NCBI GenBank assembly: GCA_039799905.1
Contig: JBDLRP010000045.1
Location: 1 to 64,000, forward strand
Reading direction: 5' to 3'
Source of the DNA: Pseudomonadota bacterium
GTDB lineage: Bacteria; Bdellovibrionota_B; Oligoflexia; Silvanigrellales; Silvanigrellaceae
Length of the DNA: 64,000 nucleotides
This document shows, piece after piece, positions 1 to 8,694 of this stretch (position 1 is its first letter; every line of letters starts with the position of its first letter). The notes under the pieces are model-generated. The model made no database searches, was not told where the DNA came from, and saw only the letters and a list, made by a program, of their open reading frames with translations. A program made the translations under genes and the position numbers.

Positions 1-30
1 TGATGCTCTAGCCAATTGAGCTATTCCCGC
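1..30 (-). tRNA. tRNA, probably tRNA-Gly (5' part only; truncated by window edge)
   Basis: Reverse complement reads GCGGGAATAGCTCAATTGGCTAGAGCATCA (acceptor 5' strand plus D-arm), typical of tRNA-Gly(TCC). It follows tRNA-Tyr as in tufB-type clusters. The anticodon lies outside the window. Confidence 0.8.
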
Positions 31-35
31 TCTCG

Positions 36-121
36 TGGTGGGGAGAAGTGGATTCGAACCACTGAAGACTAAAGTCAGCAGATTTACAGTCTGCCCCGGT
101 TGGCCACTTCGGTATCTCCCC
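36..121 (-). tRNA. tRNA-Tyr (GTA)
   Basis: Reverse complement GGGGAGATACCGAAGTGGCCAACCGGGGCAGACTGTAAATCTGCTGAC...GGTTCGAATCCACTTCTCCCCACCA: 7-bp acceptor stem, GCAGA/TCTGC anticodon stem with GTA, long variable arm, TTCGAAT T-loop, encoded CCA. Confidence 0.97.
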
Positions 122-133
122 CGACGCCGGCCA

Positions 134-162
134 GTGATAATCAGCTGGCGGGGTCATGTCAA
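134..162 (-). promoter_or_regulatory. sigma70-type promoter for the tRNA cluster
   Basis: Minus strand TTGACA (162-157), 17 nt, TATCAC (139-134), then a GC-rich discriminator TGGCCGGCG just before tRNA-Tyr. Confidence 0.7.
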
Positions 163-416
163 GCGATCAGGAACTCACAGTGATTCCCGTGATCTGATGG
201 GCAAGTCGGAGGACATTGTGCAGATGACACAAAGACGCCGCGTGTGCGGATTTTGTTAATTTGAATATAAAATCCATAAAACCAAGCAATAATGATTATT
301 TATATTAATCTTACGGACTGGTAATCTTTTTTTTCGAAGGGGAATTTGCGCCCAGCGATGGGGCGTTGCAAATGGCGGCTTACTTTGTTCGGAATATTGG
401 AGGTTTGTTCGGAGTT

Positions 417-1337
417 ATGATCGCGCGGTCGATGAAAATTGGCACATCAGGTTGTGTCGACTTGAGTCTCTTGGCTCTTATTTCAGCCCATGAGAATGGC
501 GGCACCGGCTGTCCGCCGCACGAGAGCCGTTTAGAGGTGGATACTGAACTTGCGCCCGATGAGCTCCTATTCAGAGTTGAAGACAATCGCCTGCAGCTTG
601 CCGTTGTCAGTTTGGACCATCTGTTCGACCATGCGCTCCACCACCCAGAGTCGCGAGTCAGAATCCTCGGTCCTCTGCTGGGCGGCGATTGCCGCGCTCT
701 GGTCACACTAACCAACCGCACTCAAAGAACGCTGGGTGCTGCACATCCGACCGCGGCCTACGCCCGATGGGAAGACATTAGCTGCGCTCTTGATCTTGAA
801 TGTCGCTACGACCGTGTCGAGCAGGTTCCCCTGTCTGCAATGACGGATGCGATGATGACGAGCCGTCACTCGATGCTCGAAATGAATCTCTTTTGGGAAG
901 GGGTAATAGGCCATCGCCGCGGCCTCATCAGGTCGACGGCCCGCCCGTCCGAATTCGGAATTCCGGAAGGTCTTTCGCACGTCCTTATCTCAAACAGCAT
1001 TTGCGTCAAAAATCATGCGACAGAACTGCGCGGATTGCGTGATGAGATTTCCGAAGTTTATCGGGTTTTTCTCGAAGAACCCGATCGAATCTGCGAAATG
1101 TGGAGCTCGTGTGGCATTTTCCCCAAGCATGCGGACAATTCCTTTTTGTCGGCAAGTGCCCGCGTCCTTGGTCCGCACTGCGAGCAGTTTCTCCGTTGCG
1201 GCGGCAAATTCCAACCTGCCCAAATCGAGTCGCACCAGCGCTGGTTCAATTCACGTGTCGCCTTACGTTCACCTAAAGACAATATCTGTCGCGCCGGTGC
1301 CGACATTCATCGCCTGCTTTGCGACCTTTGGCAGTAG
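417..1337 (+). CDS. NMT1/THI5-like (SsuA/ThiY-type) substrate-binding-fold protein, divergent
   Basis: Motifs FWEGV...G and EFGIPEGLSHVL resemble NMT1/THI5-family WEGV..yGiP. Start uncertain (ATG at 417 or 432). No signal peptide evident. Confidence 0.5.
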   Translation: MIARSMKIGTSGCVDLSLLALISAHENGGTGCPPHESRLEVDTELAPDELLFRVEDNRLQLAVVSLDHLFDHALHHPESRVRILGPLLGGDCRALVTLTNRTQRTLGAAHPTAAYARWEDISCALDLECRYDRVEQVPLSAMTDAMMTSRHSMLEMNLFWEGVIGHRRGLIRSTARPSEFGIPEGLSHVLISNSICVKNHATELRGLRDEISEVYRVFLEEPDRICEMWSSCGIFPKHADNSFLSASARVLGPHCEQFLRCGGKFQPAQIESHQRWFNSRVALRSPKDNICRAGADIHRLLCDLWQ

Positions 1338-1382
1338 ATGTTAGGCTCCAGACATTGTTGAGCGCCACAATGGTGTTAGAAA

Positions 1383-1751
1383 ATGCCTATTTTTGTTTAC
1401 GAGCCTGTTTTTGCCGAGGGAGCCGCCGCCGATGCTCAGGAGCGGCAGTGCTGCTTTTTTGAAACTCTTCAGTGGTCGAATGAAGCCGTACTCACGCAAT
1501 GTCCTGAATGCGGCGGAGAGATTCGCAGAGCGGTGACGAGTTTTGCTTTGGCAGCGCAGGCACCGGCAGATCCGCTTAAGGGTGTTGCTAAAAAACTGGG
1601 TGACGGACTTTCAGCCGCTCAAGATTCATCTTCGACCGAAGAAAAGGCGCAGGGCCGCCAGCTTATATCTGGAAGTTCAGCAGACACCCCAGCAGGACGG
1701 GCTGCGCGGATGGCCTATCGGCATGTCTGCAGCGGAAACTGTCGACATTAA
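1383..1751 (+). CDS. FmdB-family zinc-ribbon protein
   Basis: Pattern MPIFVYE...C..FETLQ...LTQCPECGGEIRR; Cys/His-rich C-terminus HVCSGNCRH. Confidence 0.8.
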   Translation: MPIFVYEPVFAEGAAADAQERQCCFFETLQWSNEAVLTQCPECGGEIRRAVTSFALAAQAPADPLKGVAKKLGDGLSAAQDSSSTEEKAQGRQLISGSSADTPAGRAARMAYRHVCSGNCRH

Positions 1752-1833
1752 ATAATTGCCTTATCGCAATCTTCTGAAAATTAATGAACATCGACCCGAA
1801 TTGAATCCTTGGAATTGGCGAGGGCGGGGTGCG

Positions 1834-2754
1834 ATGGAGCAAATTATATCTTTGAATTCGAAGCGTCTGATCAAAATTTTTCAAATTATTGCTGTTCTGC
1901 TCGTCTTGTTGCAGCCGAACTTTTCGCACGCACAAATTGATCCTCTGGCAATCGTCAGAGCCGATGCCCACGAATTGGACGTGCAAAGTGGACGCGGCAA
2001 TCATCCTGCGAGGGTGACCGCTCTTTGGGCGTCTGGAATGCACAGGAACCAGCCCTTTCGTGTGCGAGTTCCTCAAAATTCATTCGCCGCAAGTAAGCTG
2101 TTGGTTCACTACCAGTGGAGCACAGGGACAGCCTGGGCGGGATTGAGTGAGCGGGTCGAGGTACATTGGAAATTGAGGGGTGGTGGCTGGCAGCGCGAGC
2201 TTCTAGGCGAGGGATTCCGTGATCCGGTCAGCGGTCAGCTCCTGCTTTTTCCGGCAGAGTTGCGCTTTCCGGAAGGCTATTCCGGTGCTCTCGAGCTGAA
2301 ATTTGTTCTCTATTTGCAAAATGGCGATGTTGTCGAGGATCGCGTCGATTCCAATCAGCTGAACATGTACGTCCATGCGAAGTCGACCGGCGGTCTACTG
2401 TCATTTAAAAACGATTGGAAAATATCACTGAGCGGCAAGCTCGTCGCCGGAGATTCCTTCGAACTCAGTTACGATCCACAGAGAATCATCCGGCAAATGA
2501 ACTTGCAGAGCAACGATCCTGCTCCGTGGTGTGTGGTTGCCCATGTTCGCTTTGACGATGGTCCTGTCGAAGAATATCCGTTGGTCGCCGTCGTGAGCGG
2601 ACTATCCACCGGTGTGGTGTCATTTGTTCCGACGGTTGTCATACCCGCCGAAGCGCAGACCATGTCAATTTGGTTCTTGGCATTTTACAATTCACAGAGC
2701 TACTTTGACTCAAATTTCGGAATGAATTTCAATTTTGAAATCTCCCCGTTGTGA
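1834..2754 (+). CDS. Secreted hypothetical protein, C-terminal domain DUF6209-like
   Basis: Signal peptide (..VLLVLLQPNFSHA). C-terminal F..DW....GKL.AG....LSYDP.R...IWF.....YFDSNFGMNFNF resembles DUF6209 beta-sandwich proteins. Start moved to ATG 1834. Confidence 0.6.
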   Translation: MEQIISLNSKRLIKIFQIIAVLLVLLQPNFSHAQIDPLAIVRADAHELDVQSGRGNHPARVTALWASGMHRNQPFRVRVPQNSFAASKLLVHYQWSTGTAWAGLSERVEVHWKLRGGGWQRELLGEGFRDPVSGQLLLFPAELRFPEGYSGALELKFVLYLQNGDVVEDRVDSNQLNMYVHAKSTGGLLSFKNDWKISLSGKLVAGDSFELSYDPQRIIRQMNLQSNDPAPWCVVAHVRFDDGPVEEYPLVAVVSGLSTGVVSFVPTVVIPAEAQTMSIWFLAFYNSQSYFDSNFGMNFNFEISPL

Positions 2755-2797
2755 CCGTCGAATCGACATCAGACCGAGTGAAAGGAGTTCTGCACGG

Positions 2798-3517
2798 ATG
2801 CGTCTGCCTTTTCTTTGCTGTTTGGGTGCATTTCTGTGTCCCTCTGACTTTGCAATTGCCGCGGGACAACCGCAGCTGGGTCTGTCTTTCAATACGTTTC
2901 GTGTCGGGCGCTCCGCATTGCAGCTGAAGTCGCCATCCGCCCCGTCATCCCGTGAGACAGTTTTTTACGCAGACACGCTCGGTTTGAGTGGCTCCGAACA
3001 GGGGCTTCCGTGGATGGAACTGGCACTGCGCTTTCGTCGTTTTGTCGGATATGCTTATCCTTTTCCGCAGGATGGAAGGCGTGAAGTGTGGTTGGGAGCC
3101 ACCCTCGAAGACTACACAGAAGCGGGCTTCGTGGTTGCTCAAAGACGTCAATCGTTCTCGGAGGCACGCGACTTTGGCAACGACTCACCCACAAAGAAAA
3201 TCGAAGCAACGGCCTTTGGTCTGTTTTACCGGCAAAAATTTCTCTTGCTGAGTCAGACAATTGAAGCCAAGCTGCGCGGGAGCCTGAACATTTCGGAAAC
3301 GGCGTTCGTAGACCCCTCGCAGGACACTCGCGGACAGGGTTTTGCACTGTCGGCGGAAACGTCATGGATTTGGGAATTGTCGCAACACTTTGAAGTCGCC
3401 TCCGGAATTGCGGTCGATTATGAAAAAGTGAATCGGCGGCGGGGCAGTGTTTCGGCGGGTGCACAGACGGGTTTTGAAATTTCAGCCCACCTTCTGCGCG
3501 CTGTTGTGACACTCTGA
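2798..3517 (+). CDS. Hypothetical exported protein, probable outer-membrane beta-barrel
   Basis: Signal-like N-terminus (MRLPFLCCLGAFL..AIA) and alternating amphipathic beta-strand pattern. Confidence 0.5.
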   Translation: MRLPFLCCLGAFLCPSDFAIAAGQPQLGLSFNTFRVGRSALQLKSPSAPSSRETVFYADTLGLSGSEQGLPWMELALRFRRFVGYAYPFPQDGRREVWLGATLEDYTEAGFVVAQRRQSFSEARDFGNDSPTKKIEATAFGLFYRQKFLLLSQTIEAKLRGSLNISETAFVDPSQDTRGQGFALSAETSWIWELSQHFEVASGIAVDYEKVNRRRGSVSAGAQTGFEISAHLLRAVVTL

Positions 3518-3641
3518 ACTCACCGTGCGACGATGAACATTTTAGTCGGTACGTCGGCTGATTGGCGCACGGACAGCTTTACCACTCAAGTTGTGTAAAA
3601 GCAGTGTTAGTGTGCAAGTTGAACTCACAGGAGGGTTTCGC

Positions 3642-4022
3642 ATGGCAGTCAGTAATATCAAGCAGCCGCAGACAGCACCCTCGAACACTCTCCCGCTCGG
3701 CCAGAATGCCACGGTTGAGGGTAAAAAAGCAGAGGGCGTGCAGGCAACCAAATCAGTGGCCAACGCGTATGCAAAGGTCGCACAGCCGGCTGCCCAGCAG
3801 GCTGCCGCCAACGTGCAAATTTCACCACGGGCGCGTGAACTGAATCTCGCCCGCCAGGTGGTTGAATCAACTCCTGACGTCCGCGAAGACAAAGTAGCCA
3901 AGTTCAAAGCGATGATTGAGCGCGGTGAGTACAAGCCGGATGCCGGAAAAATAGCCGACGGTATTCTTTCGGAAGCCATCCGTGATGAGCTTTCCAAGGA
4001 ACCGGAGGTTGCTCTGACCTAG
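3642..4022 (+). CDS. flgM: Anti-sigma28 factor FlgM
   Basis: VQISPRAREL...TPDVREDKVAKFKAMIERGEYKPDAGKIAD signature; GGAGG RBS before ATG 3642; lies upstream of flgN/K/L. Confidence 0.93.
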   Translation: MAVSNIKQPQTAPSNTLPLGQNATVEGKKAEGVQATKSVANAYAKVAQPAAQQAAANVQISPRARELNLARQVVESTPDVREDKVAKFKAMIERGEYKPDAGKIADGILSEAIRDELSKEPEVALT

Positions 4023-4039
4023 AGGATTGAGGTGGGCCA

Positions 4040-4618
4040 ATGAGCGAGCTCCTGAAAATCCTGGCCCAGTTTTTTCAATGCCTGCAGATTCAAATGACAC
4101 TCCTTGAGGAATTGCTCGTGGTGATTTCCCGCGAGGAAGAACTTGTCGTGTCGTTTTCACTGCCGGAGTTCGAGAAGCTGGTGACCGAAAAAGATCAAAT
4201 TGTCCGGCGTATACAATCGGCCGAAGAGCGTCGGTTGTCGTACCTGAAAAAACTCTGCTTCCTGATGGCGTACGATGCGCGCGGGCAGCTGCCCAGTTTA
4301 AACGAATTCCTCACCGTTGCGAACTCTTATCAAAAAAATGTGGAACGCCTCATCGATTCTGAAACGAGTCAGCAGCTGTCGACTTCACTCGAAGCACTCC
4401 GGGAATTTGCCAAGACCTATCGCGATGCATTTCTTTCGGCGCAGCCGCGTATTGATCAGAATAAAATCATCCTGCAGGCGCTTGCCAAAAACTTCAAACG
4501 ATCGATTGCGGTGCTTGAGCAGGCTGCCGGACAAAACAAGCGCTACAACGAGCGTGGTCGCAGCGAAGCACCGAGCCTGTCGAAGGACGGTGTTTCGTTT
4601 GTTCGAGTGAGGGCCTGA
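4040..4618 (+). CDS. flgN: Flagellar export chaperone FlgN
   Basis: Helical protein with EK..IV..I...EERR and C-terminal Y...G motif, located between flgM and flgK. Confidence 0.8.
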   Translation: MSELLKILAQFFQCLQIQMTLLEELLVVISREEELVVSFSLPEFEKLVTEKDQIVRRIQSAEERRLSYLKKLCFLMAYDARGQLPSLNEFLTVANSYQKNVERLIDSETSQQLSTSLEALREFAKTYRDAFLSAQPRIDQNKIILQALAKNFKRSIAVLEQAAGQNKRYNERGRSEAPSLSKDGVSFVRVRA

Positions 4619-4621
4619 CGT

Positions 4622-6049
4622 ATGCCAACGGGCTTACAACATCTACTCAACGTTGGTGGAGAATCGCTCGGTAACTCCCGTTTGGGAATTGAAATCACCG
4701 GCCACAACATCTCAAATGCGCAAACCCCCGGCTTCAGCCGCCAGCGGCCGGACATGGAACCCAACAACCCAATCGGGTACGGCAACATCATCCTCGGTCA
4801 GGGTGCCAAAGTTGCGCGTGTTGCGCGCGCGCACAACGAGTATCTCGAGGAAGCGCTGCGGCGCGAAACCCAAAACCACGGAAAAGCTGAATCGTTTGAA
4901 CACAACATGTCCCGCCTGCAGGGCTACTTCAATCCGGACCTGACCTCCACCGTTCGTACGCGCATGGATTCATTCATGAACTCGTTGCGCGACTTTGCGA
5001 ATATGCCCGAAGAGCCTGCAGCACGAATCAATTTGTTGGAGACTGCCAACTCTTTTACCGCGTCCATCAACCTTGCACACAGCAATGTCGTGGGTCTGCA
5101 GAATGATATTTCACAGGAGCTTGGTGTTGATTGTGAAGTAGCTACACAAAAGCTCCGGGAAATTGCCGGACTCAATCGTGAAATCCTCGCCTTGCAGATG
5201 GGCGACAACACCCGTCCGCATGACCTTGAGGACAAGCGTGACCTCGCTCTTGCAGAGTTGTCGAATCTGATGGACGTGCAAATGTATAAGGATGACCGTG
5301 GTCTTTATACGGTCCGCGGCGCGGGAGGACAGCTGCTCGTCGAGGGGATTTTCAATGCGGAAATCCGGCTCGAGTATAGCTCAAAAGGAGATCAGCCGCA
5401 GGTCGTATGTACAGACTTCGCCAACACAAAGGCCAATTTCATCACCGACAAAATCGTCGGCGGAAAAATAGCCGGAATGATCACAGTGCGTGATAAATAC
5501 TCTCAAACTGTGCGAAATAATCTAAATGAAATCGCTCATAAATTCGGCAGTAAATTCAACGAAATCCATCGCATGGGTTTTGGCCGTGCGGAATTCTCCG
5601 AATCAAACGGCCGCAACTTTTTTGAAGGCATCGACAATCCAGAATTGGAACCTGCCCAGCAAATCACGGTCGCCACTTTAATTCGGCAGGACACAAACTC
5701 AATTGCGTCGGCCATGACACCGAAGACTCCGGGCGACAACGTTGTCATCAATGAATTGTTGCGAATTACAAGCGAGCCGATGTTTTCCAACGGATCGGCA
5801 ACCACGTCGATGTTCTACGATAATTTTGTCGCCTCAATCGGTTCGGCGACGATGACTGCCAAAAATGAACTGAAGGCCTCCGCCGTGGTAAAGGCGAACG
5901 TGCAGACGCAAAAAGAACAGATTTCCGGTGTGTCGCTCGACGAGGAAGCTGCGAACATGCTCAAGTATCAGCATTTGTTCACGGCGAGTTCGAAGATCAT
6001 CACCACTGTCGATGAAATGTTCAAGACGGTTCTTGATTTGAAACGTTGA
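4622..6049 (+). CDS. flgK: Flagellar hook-associated protein FlgK
   Basis: GHNISNA.TPGFSRQR N-terminus; SGVSLDEEAANMLKYQ..F.ASSKII C-terminus. Confidence 0.97.
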   Translation: MPTGLQHLLNVGGESLGNSRLGIEITGHNISNAQTPGFSRQRPDMEPNNPIGYGNIILGQGAKVARVARAHNEYLEEALRRETQNHGKAESFEHNMSRLQGYFNPDLTSTVRTRMDSFMNSLRDFANMPEEPAARINLLETANSFTASINLAHSNVVGLQNDISQELGVDCEVATQKLREIAGLNREILALQMGDNTRPHDLEDKRDLALAELSNLMDVQMYKDDRGLYTVRGAGGQLLVEGIFNAEIRLEYSSKGDQPQVVCTDFANTKANFITDKIVGGKIAGMITVRDKYSQTVRNNLNEIAHKFGSKFNEIHRMGFGRAEFSESNGRNFFEGIDNPELEPAQQITVATLIRQDTNSIASAMTPKTPGDNVVINELLRITSEPMFSNGSATTSMFYDNFVASIGSATMTAKNELKASAVVKANVQTQKEQISGVSLDEEAANMLKYQHLFTASSKIITTVDEMFKTVLDLKR

Positions 6050-6070
6050 GATTTGTGAGGGTGTGTTCAC

Positions 6071-6967
6071 ATGCGCGTTTCTGAGCGAATGAAATTCGAT
6101 GCCACACGGAATCGCGTCAACGAGGCGCGTTCTTTCGCTGTGGACACACAGGATCAGGCGGCATCCGGACGAAAGCTGCGCCAGGTGAGTGATGATCCGA
6201 GCGGAACGGTGCGTGTTTTCCGCAACCGAACAAGGCTCGAAAATATCAATCAGTTTCGCAGAACAAACGATTACGTTGAAGGATTCCTTGGCAAGACTGA
6301 AGATTCATTGCGCAGTATTACAGAAACCGTGATGCGAGCAAAAGAACTTGCGGTCCAGCAATCCAACGGTGTCTGGGATGCCGGTTCGCGCAACACCGTC
6401 TCATATGAGATTCAGCAGCTGGCTGAACAAATCGTCCAGCTTGGCAACTCGACCTATGGCGACCGGTATATATTCGGCGGCTTTCAGACCCAGCAGCCAC
6501 CCGTTGCCGGTGATGGTCATTACGGCGGTGATGATGGTCTGATATACGTGCAATTGGACGAAGACTCATTCAGACCCATCAATATCCCAGGCAGGCGGAT
6601 TTTTGAAATTTCGGTCAAAGATCAGGGTGGCGATGTTCCGCTTTTGAAAATTGTCCAAGACTTTAAAGATTCTCTTCAAAAAAATGATGTGCAGGGAATT
6701 TATAAGGCTTCTTCAAGGCTCGACGGTGCCCTCACGCAGCTGGCAGAGATGACGGCATCTCTTGGCGCGCGCAGGGCAGGAGTTCGTGATGCAGCCGAGC
6801 GGCTTGATACGCTCGAAGAGTTTTCATTGAAAGACAACGTCAATCTTGAATCGGCCGACCCCGTGACAACTGCGCTCGATATGAAGAGAGCGGAAACCGC
6901 ATTGTCCTACACCATGAATGCATCTGCAAAAGTTCTTGGTCCAACGCTGATGGAATTTCTCAAATAG
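6071..6967 (+). CDS. flgL: Flagellar hook-associated protein FlgL
   Basis: MRVS..., ASGRKL..VSDDP, N...DRYIFGG flagellin-like motifs; C-terminal TLMEFLK; follows flgK. Confidence 0.95.
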   Translation: MRVSERMKFDATRNRVNEARSFAVDTQDQAASGRKLRQVSDDPSGTVRVFRNRTRLENINQFRRTNDYVEGFLGKTEDSLRSITETVMRAKELAVQQSNGVWDAGSRNTVSYEIQQLAEQIVQLGNSTYGDRYIFGGFQTQQPPVAGDGHYGGDDGLIYVQLDEDSFRPINIPGRRIFEISVKDQGGDVPLLKIVQDFKDSLQKNDVQGIYKASSRLDGALTQLAEMTASLGARRAGVRDAAERLDTLEEFSLKDNVNLESADPVTTALDMKRAETALSYTMNASAKVLGPTLMEFLK

Positions 6968-6970
6968 CGT

Positions 6971-7822
6971 TTATTTTTGAAATTGCGGATGCGCGCGCAA
7001 CGCGGCCGTGATGGCTTTTTTGCTGTCTTCCGTTTCGGCGTTACAAAAGGGTTTTCCGGAGCGTTCGAAGGTTGCAAGAAAACCGGCAGGCAACGGGTCA
7101 CTCAGTTCATCCATACTGCCCGCAGCCATAATGGATTTGGCTTTTTTTCCGCTCGCAATCGTATGGCCGACAAACCATCCTGCCGCGGCAAGAGCCGCCT
7201 TGACGCATGTGGCGCTGGAATGTGTGATGAGGCGGGTTTGATTGTGGCTGCAGCTGCGGATTATTGTGAACAGGTCGAAGGTCCAAAGCCATGGATGACT
7301 GGCCGGAGAAAAGAAATCGAAAAAAATTGCATCAGCCTTTGGGTACGTGTTGTTTTTGCTGAAGCCGGAAATGGTTGAGCGGAAGTCCCCGCCGATGAAA
7401 TTCCATTCGAGAGATTTTCCCCGCACGCTCGGTGCGAGAACTTTATCCTCGCTGCAGGCTTGCTCGATAAAACTCTTATATCTGCGCGCACCGTCGAAAT
7501 ACTGCGAGGCCGAGAGCAGTGCGTGGAGTCCTTCTTTTTCAAGATCAAAACTGAATATCTGCAATTTTTTAAAGTTTGAGTCGGGTGAATGGAAGAAGTC
7601 GAGAAGTGCCAGCAATTGGGCGCCACAGCCCATTCCCACGTCAAAAACAACAAGTGATTCCTTGCCGCTCTCCTGCAGGCCGCTGTGGGCCATGTAGAGG
7701 TCTCGCGCCTCTTTTTCCGGACCAACGCTGCCGTGGAGAAGTTCTCCCGTCTGAAGGTGCCTGAAAGAGGCGACTCCGCTGTCCAGTACTTCAAGCACGT
7801 ATGCATTCCCGTCGCCGCTCAT
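6971..7822 (-). CDS. mnmD: MnmC N-terminal-like (MnmD) SAM-dependent methyltransferase
   Basis: GE..HGSVGPEKEARDLY, FDVGMGCG SAM motif, FFDFFSP..HP.LW, L.T.S.AT.V..AL..AG..V. Confidence 0.75.
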   Translation of the reverse strand: MSGDGNAYVLEVLDSGVASFRHLQTGELLHGSVGPEKEARDLYMAHSGLQESGKESLVVFDVGMGCGAQLLALLDFFHSPDSNFKKLQIFSFDLEKEGLHALLSASQYFDGARRYKSFIEQACSEDKVLAPSVRGKSLEWNFIGGDFRSTISGFSKNNTYPKADAIFFDFFSPASHPWLWTFDLFTIIRSCSHNQTRLITHSSATCVKAALAAAGWFVGHTIASGKKAKSIMAAGSMDELSDPLPAGFLATFERSGKPFCNAETEDSKKAITAALRAHPQFQK

Positions 7823-7986
7823 AAAACCTCGTTTGCACTTCTAGGTTTCCGCTGCGCCGTGATGGCACGAAAATCGGAGATTTTAAAGAGTTTTCAGAGA
7901 ATTGAGCTTGTGCTAGCCTGCCTGAACTGCAACGCTGGCCCGATTCGGAGCCCGCTTGCCCCTCAAAGAATGGAGTTCGTTGGAAA

Positions 7987-8694
7987 ATGAATTCGTCCGG
8001 TGCAGTTTTGGAAATTCAGAATCTCACGCATGCCTATCAGACGGGCACACCGATTTTGAACGTGGAAGAGTTCAAAGTCGCCAAGGGTGAAATGCTCTTC
8101 CTGCATGGGCCCAGCGGGAGCGGAAAGACAACCTTGCTGAGTTTGGTGACGGGAGTGTTGCCTGTGCAGGCAGGTCACGTTTCGGTTCTTGGGCAGCCGA
8201 TGAGCGGTGTTTCCGCCGCCCAGCGAGATGCTCTGCGCGCTTCGCGCATGGGTTACATTTTTCAGGTGTTCAATCTGCTGCCGTTCATGAGTGTTTTGGA
8301 AAATATTTTGCTGCCGCTGCAGATGAGTCGCGTCAAGGCTGCGCGTTTCGCCGATTCCGAAGCAGCCAAGATTGGCGCAAGAACACTTGCAGAGCGGCTG
8401 GGTATCGCTCATCTGCTGAACCGCCGCGCCGACGAACTGAGTGTCGGACAGCAGCAGCGAGTTGCAGCGGCGCGTGCCCTGATTGGCAGTCCTGAGTTGA
8501 TTGTTGCCGACGAACCGACGTCCGCGCTGGACGCCGACCTGCGTGAATCGTTTGTAAAAGTTCTGTTTGAACAGGCGCGCAGTCAAAACTGCGGTGTTCT
8601 GTTTGTCAGTCACGACAAATCACTGATGCCGTTGTTTGACCGGAGCGTCGCGCTGGCCGAAATCAATAAGGTTATGAAAGGAAAAGAGGCATGA
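7987..8694 (+). CDS. ABC transporter ATP-binding protein (LolD/MacB-type; ZrgB/PA4064-like)
   Basis: GPSGSGKTT, GYIFQVFNLLPF, LSVGQQQRVAAARALIGSP.LIVADEPTSALD, FVSHD. Confidence 0.93.
   Translation: MNSSGAVLEIQNLTHAYQTGTPILNVEEFKVAKGEMLFLHGPSGSGKTTLLSLVTGVLPVQAGHVSVLGQPMSGVSAAQRDALRASRMGYIFQVFNLLPFMSVLENILLPLQMSRVKAARFADSEAAKIGARTLAERLGIAHLLNRRADELSVGQQQRVAAARALIGSPELIVADEPTSALDADLRESFVKVLFEQARSQNCGVLFVSHDKSLMPLFDRSVALAEINKVMKGKEA

Noticed and set aside
35..259. 74-aa ORF
   Set aside because: It is antisense to tRNA-Tyr and its promoter.
163..416. TPP riboswitch or integrated element next to the tRNAs
   Set aside because: No TPP aptamer core is visible; the region is on the tRNA 5' side, with no integrase or att duplication.
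7863..7878. TGGCACG sigma54-like site, or a Zur box, upstream of the ABC operon
   Set aside because: The -12 element reads TCGG instead of TTGC, and no convincing palindrome was found.
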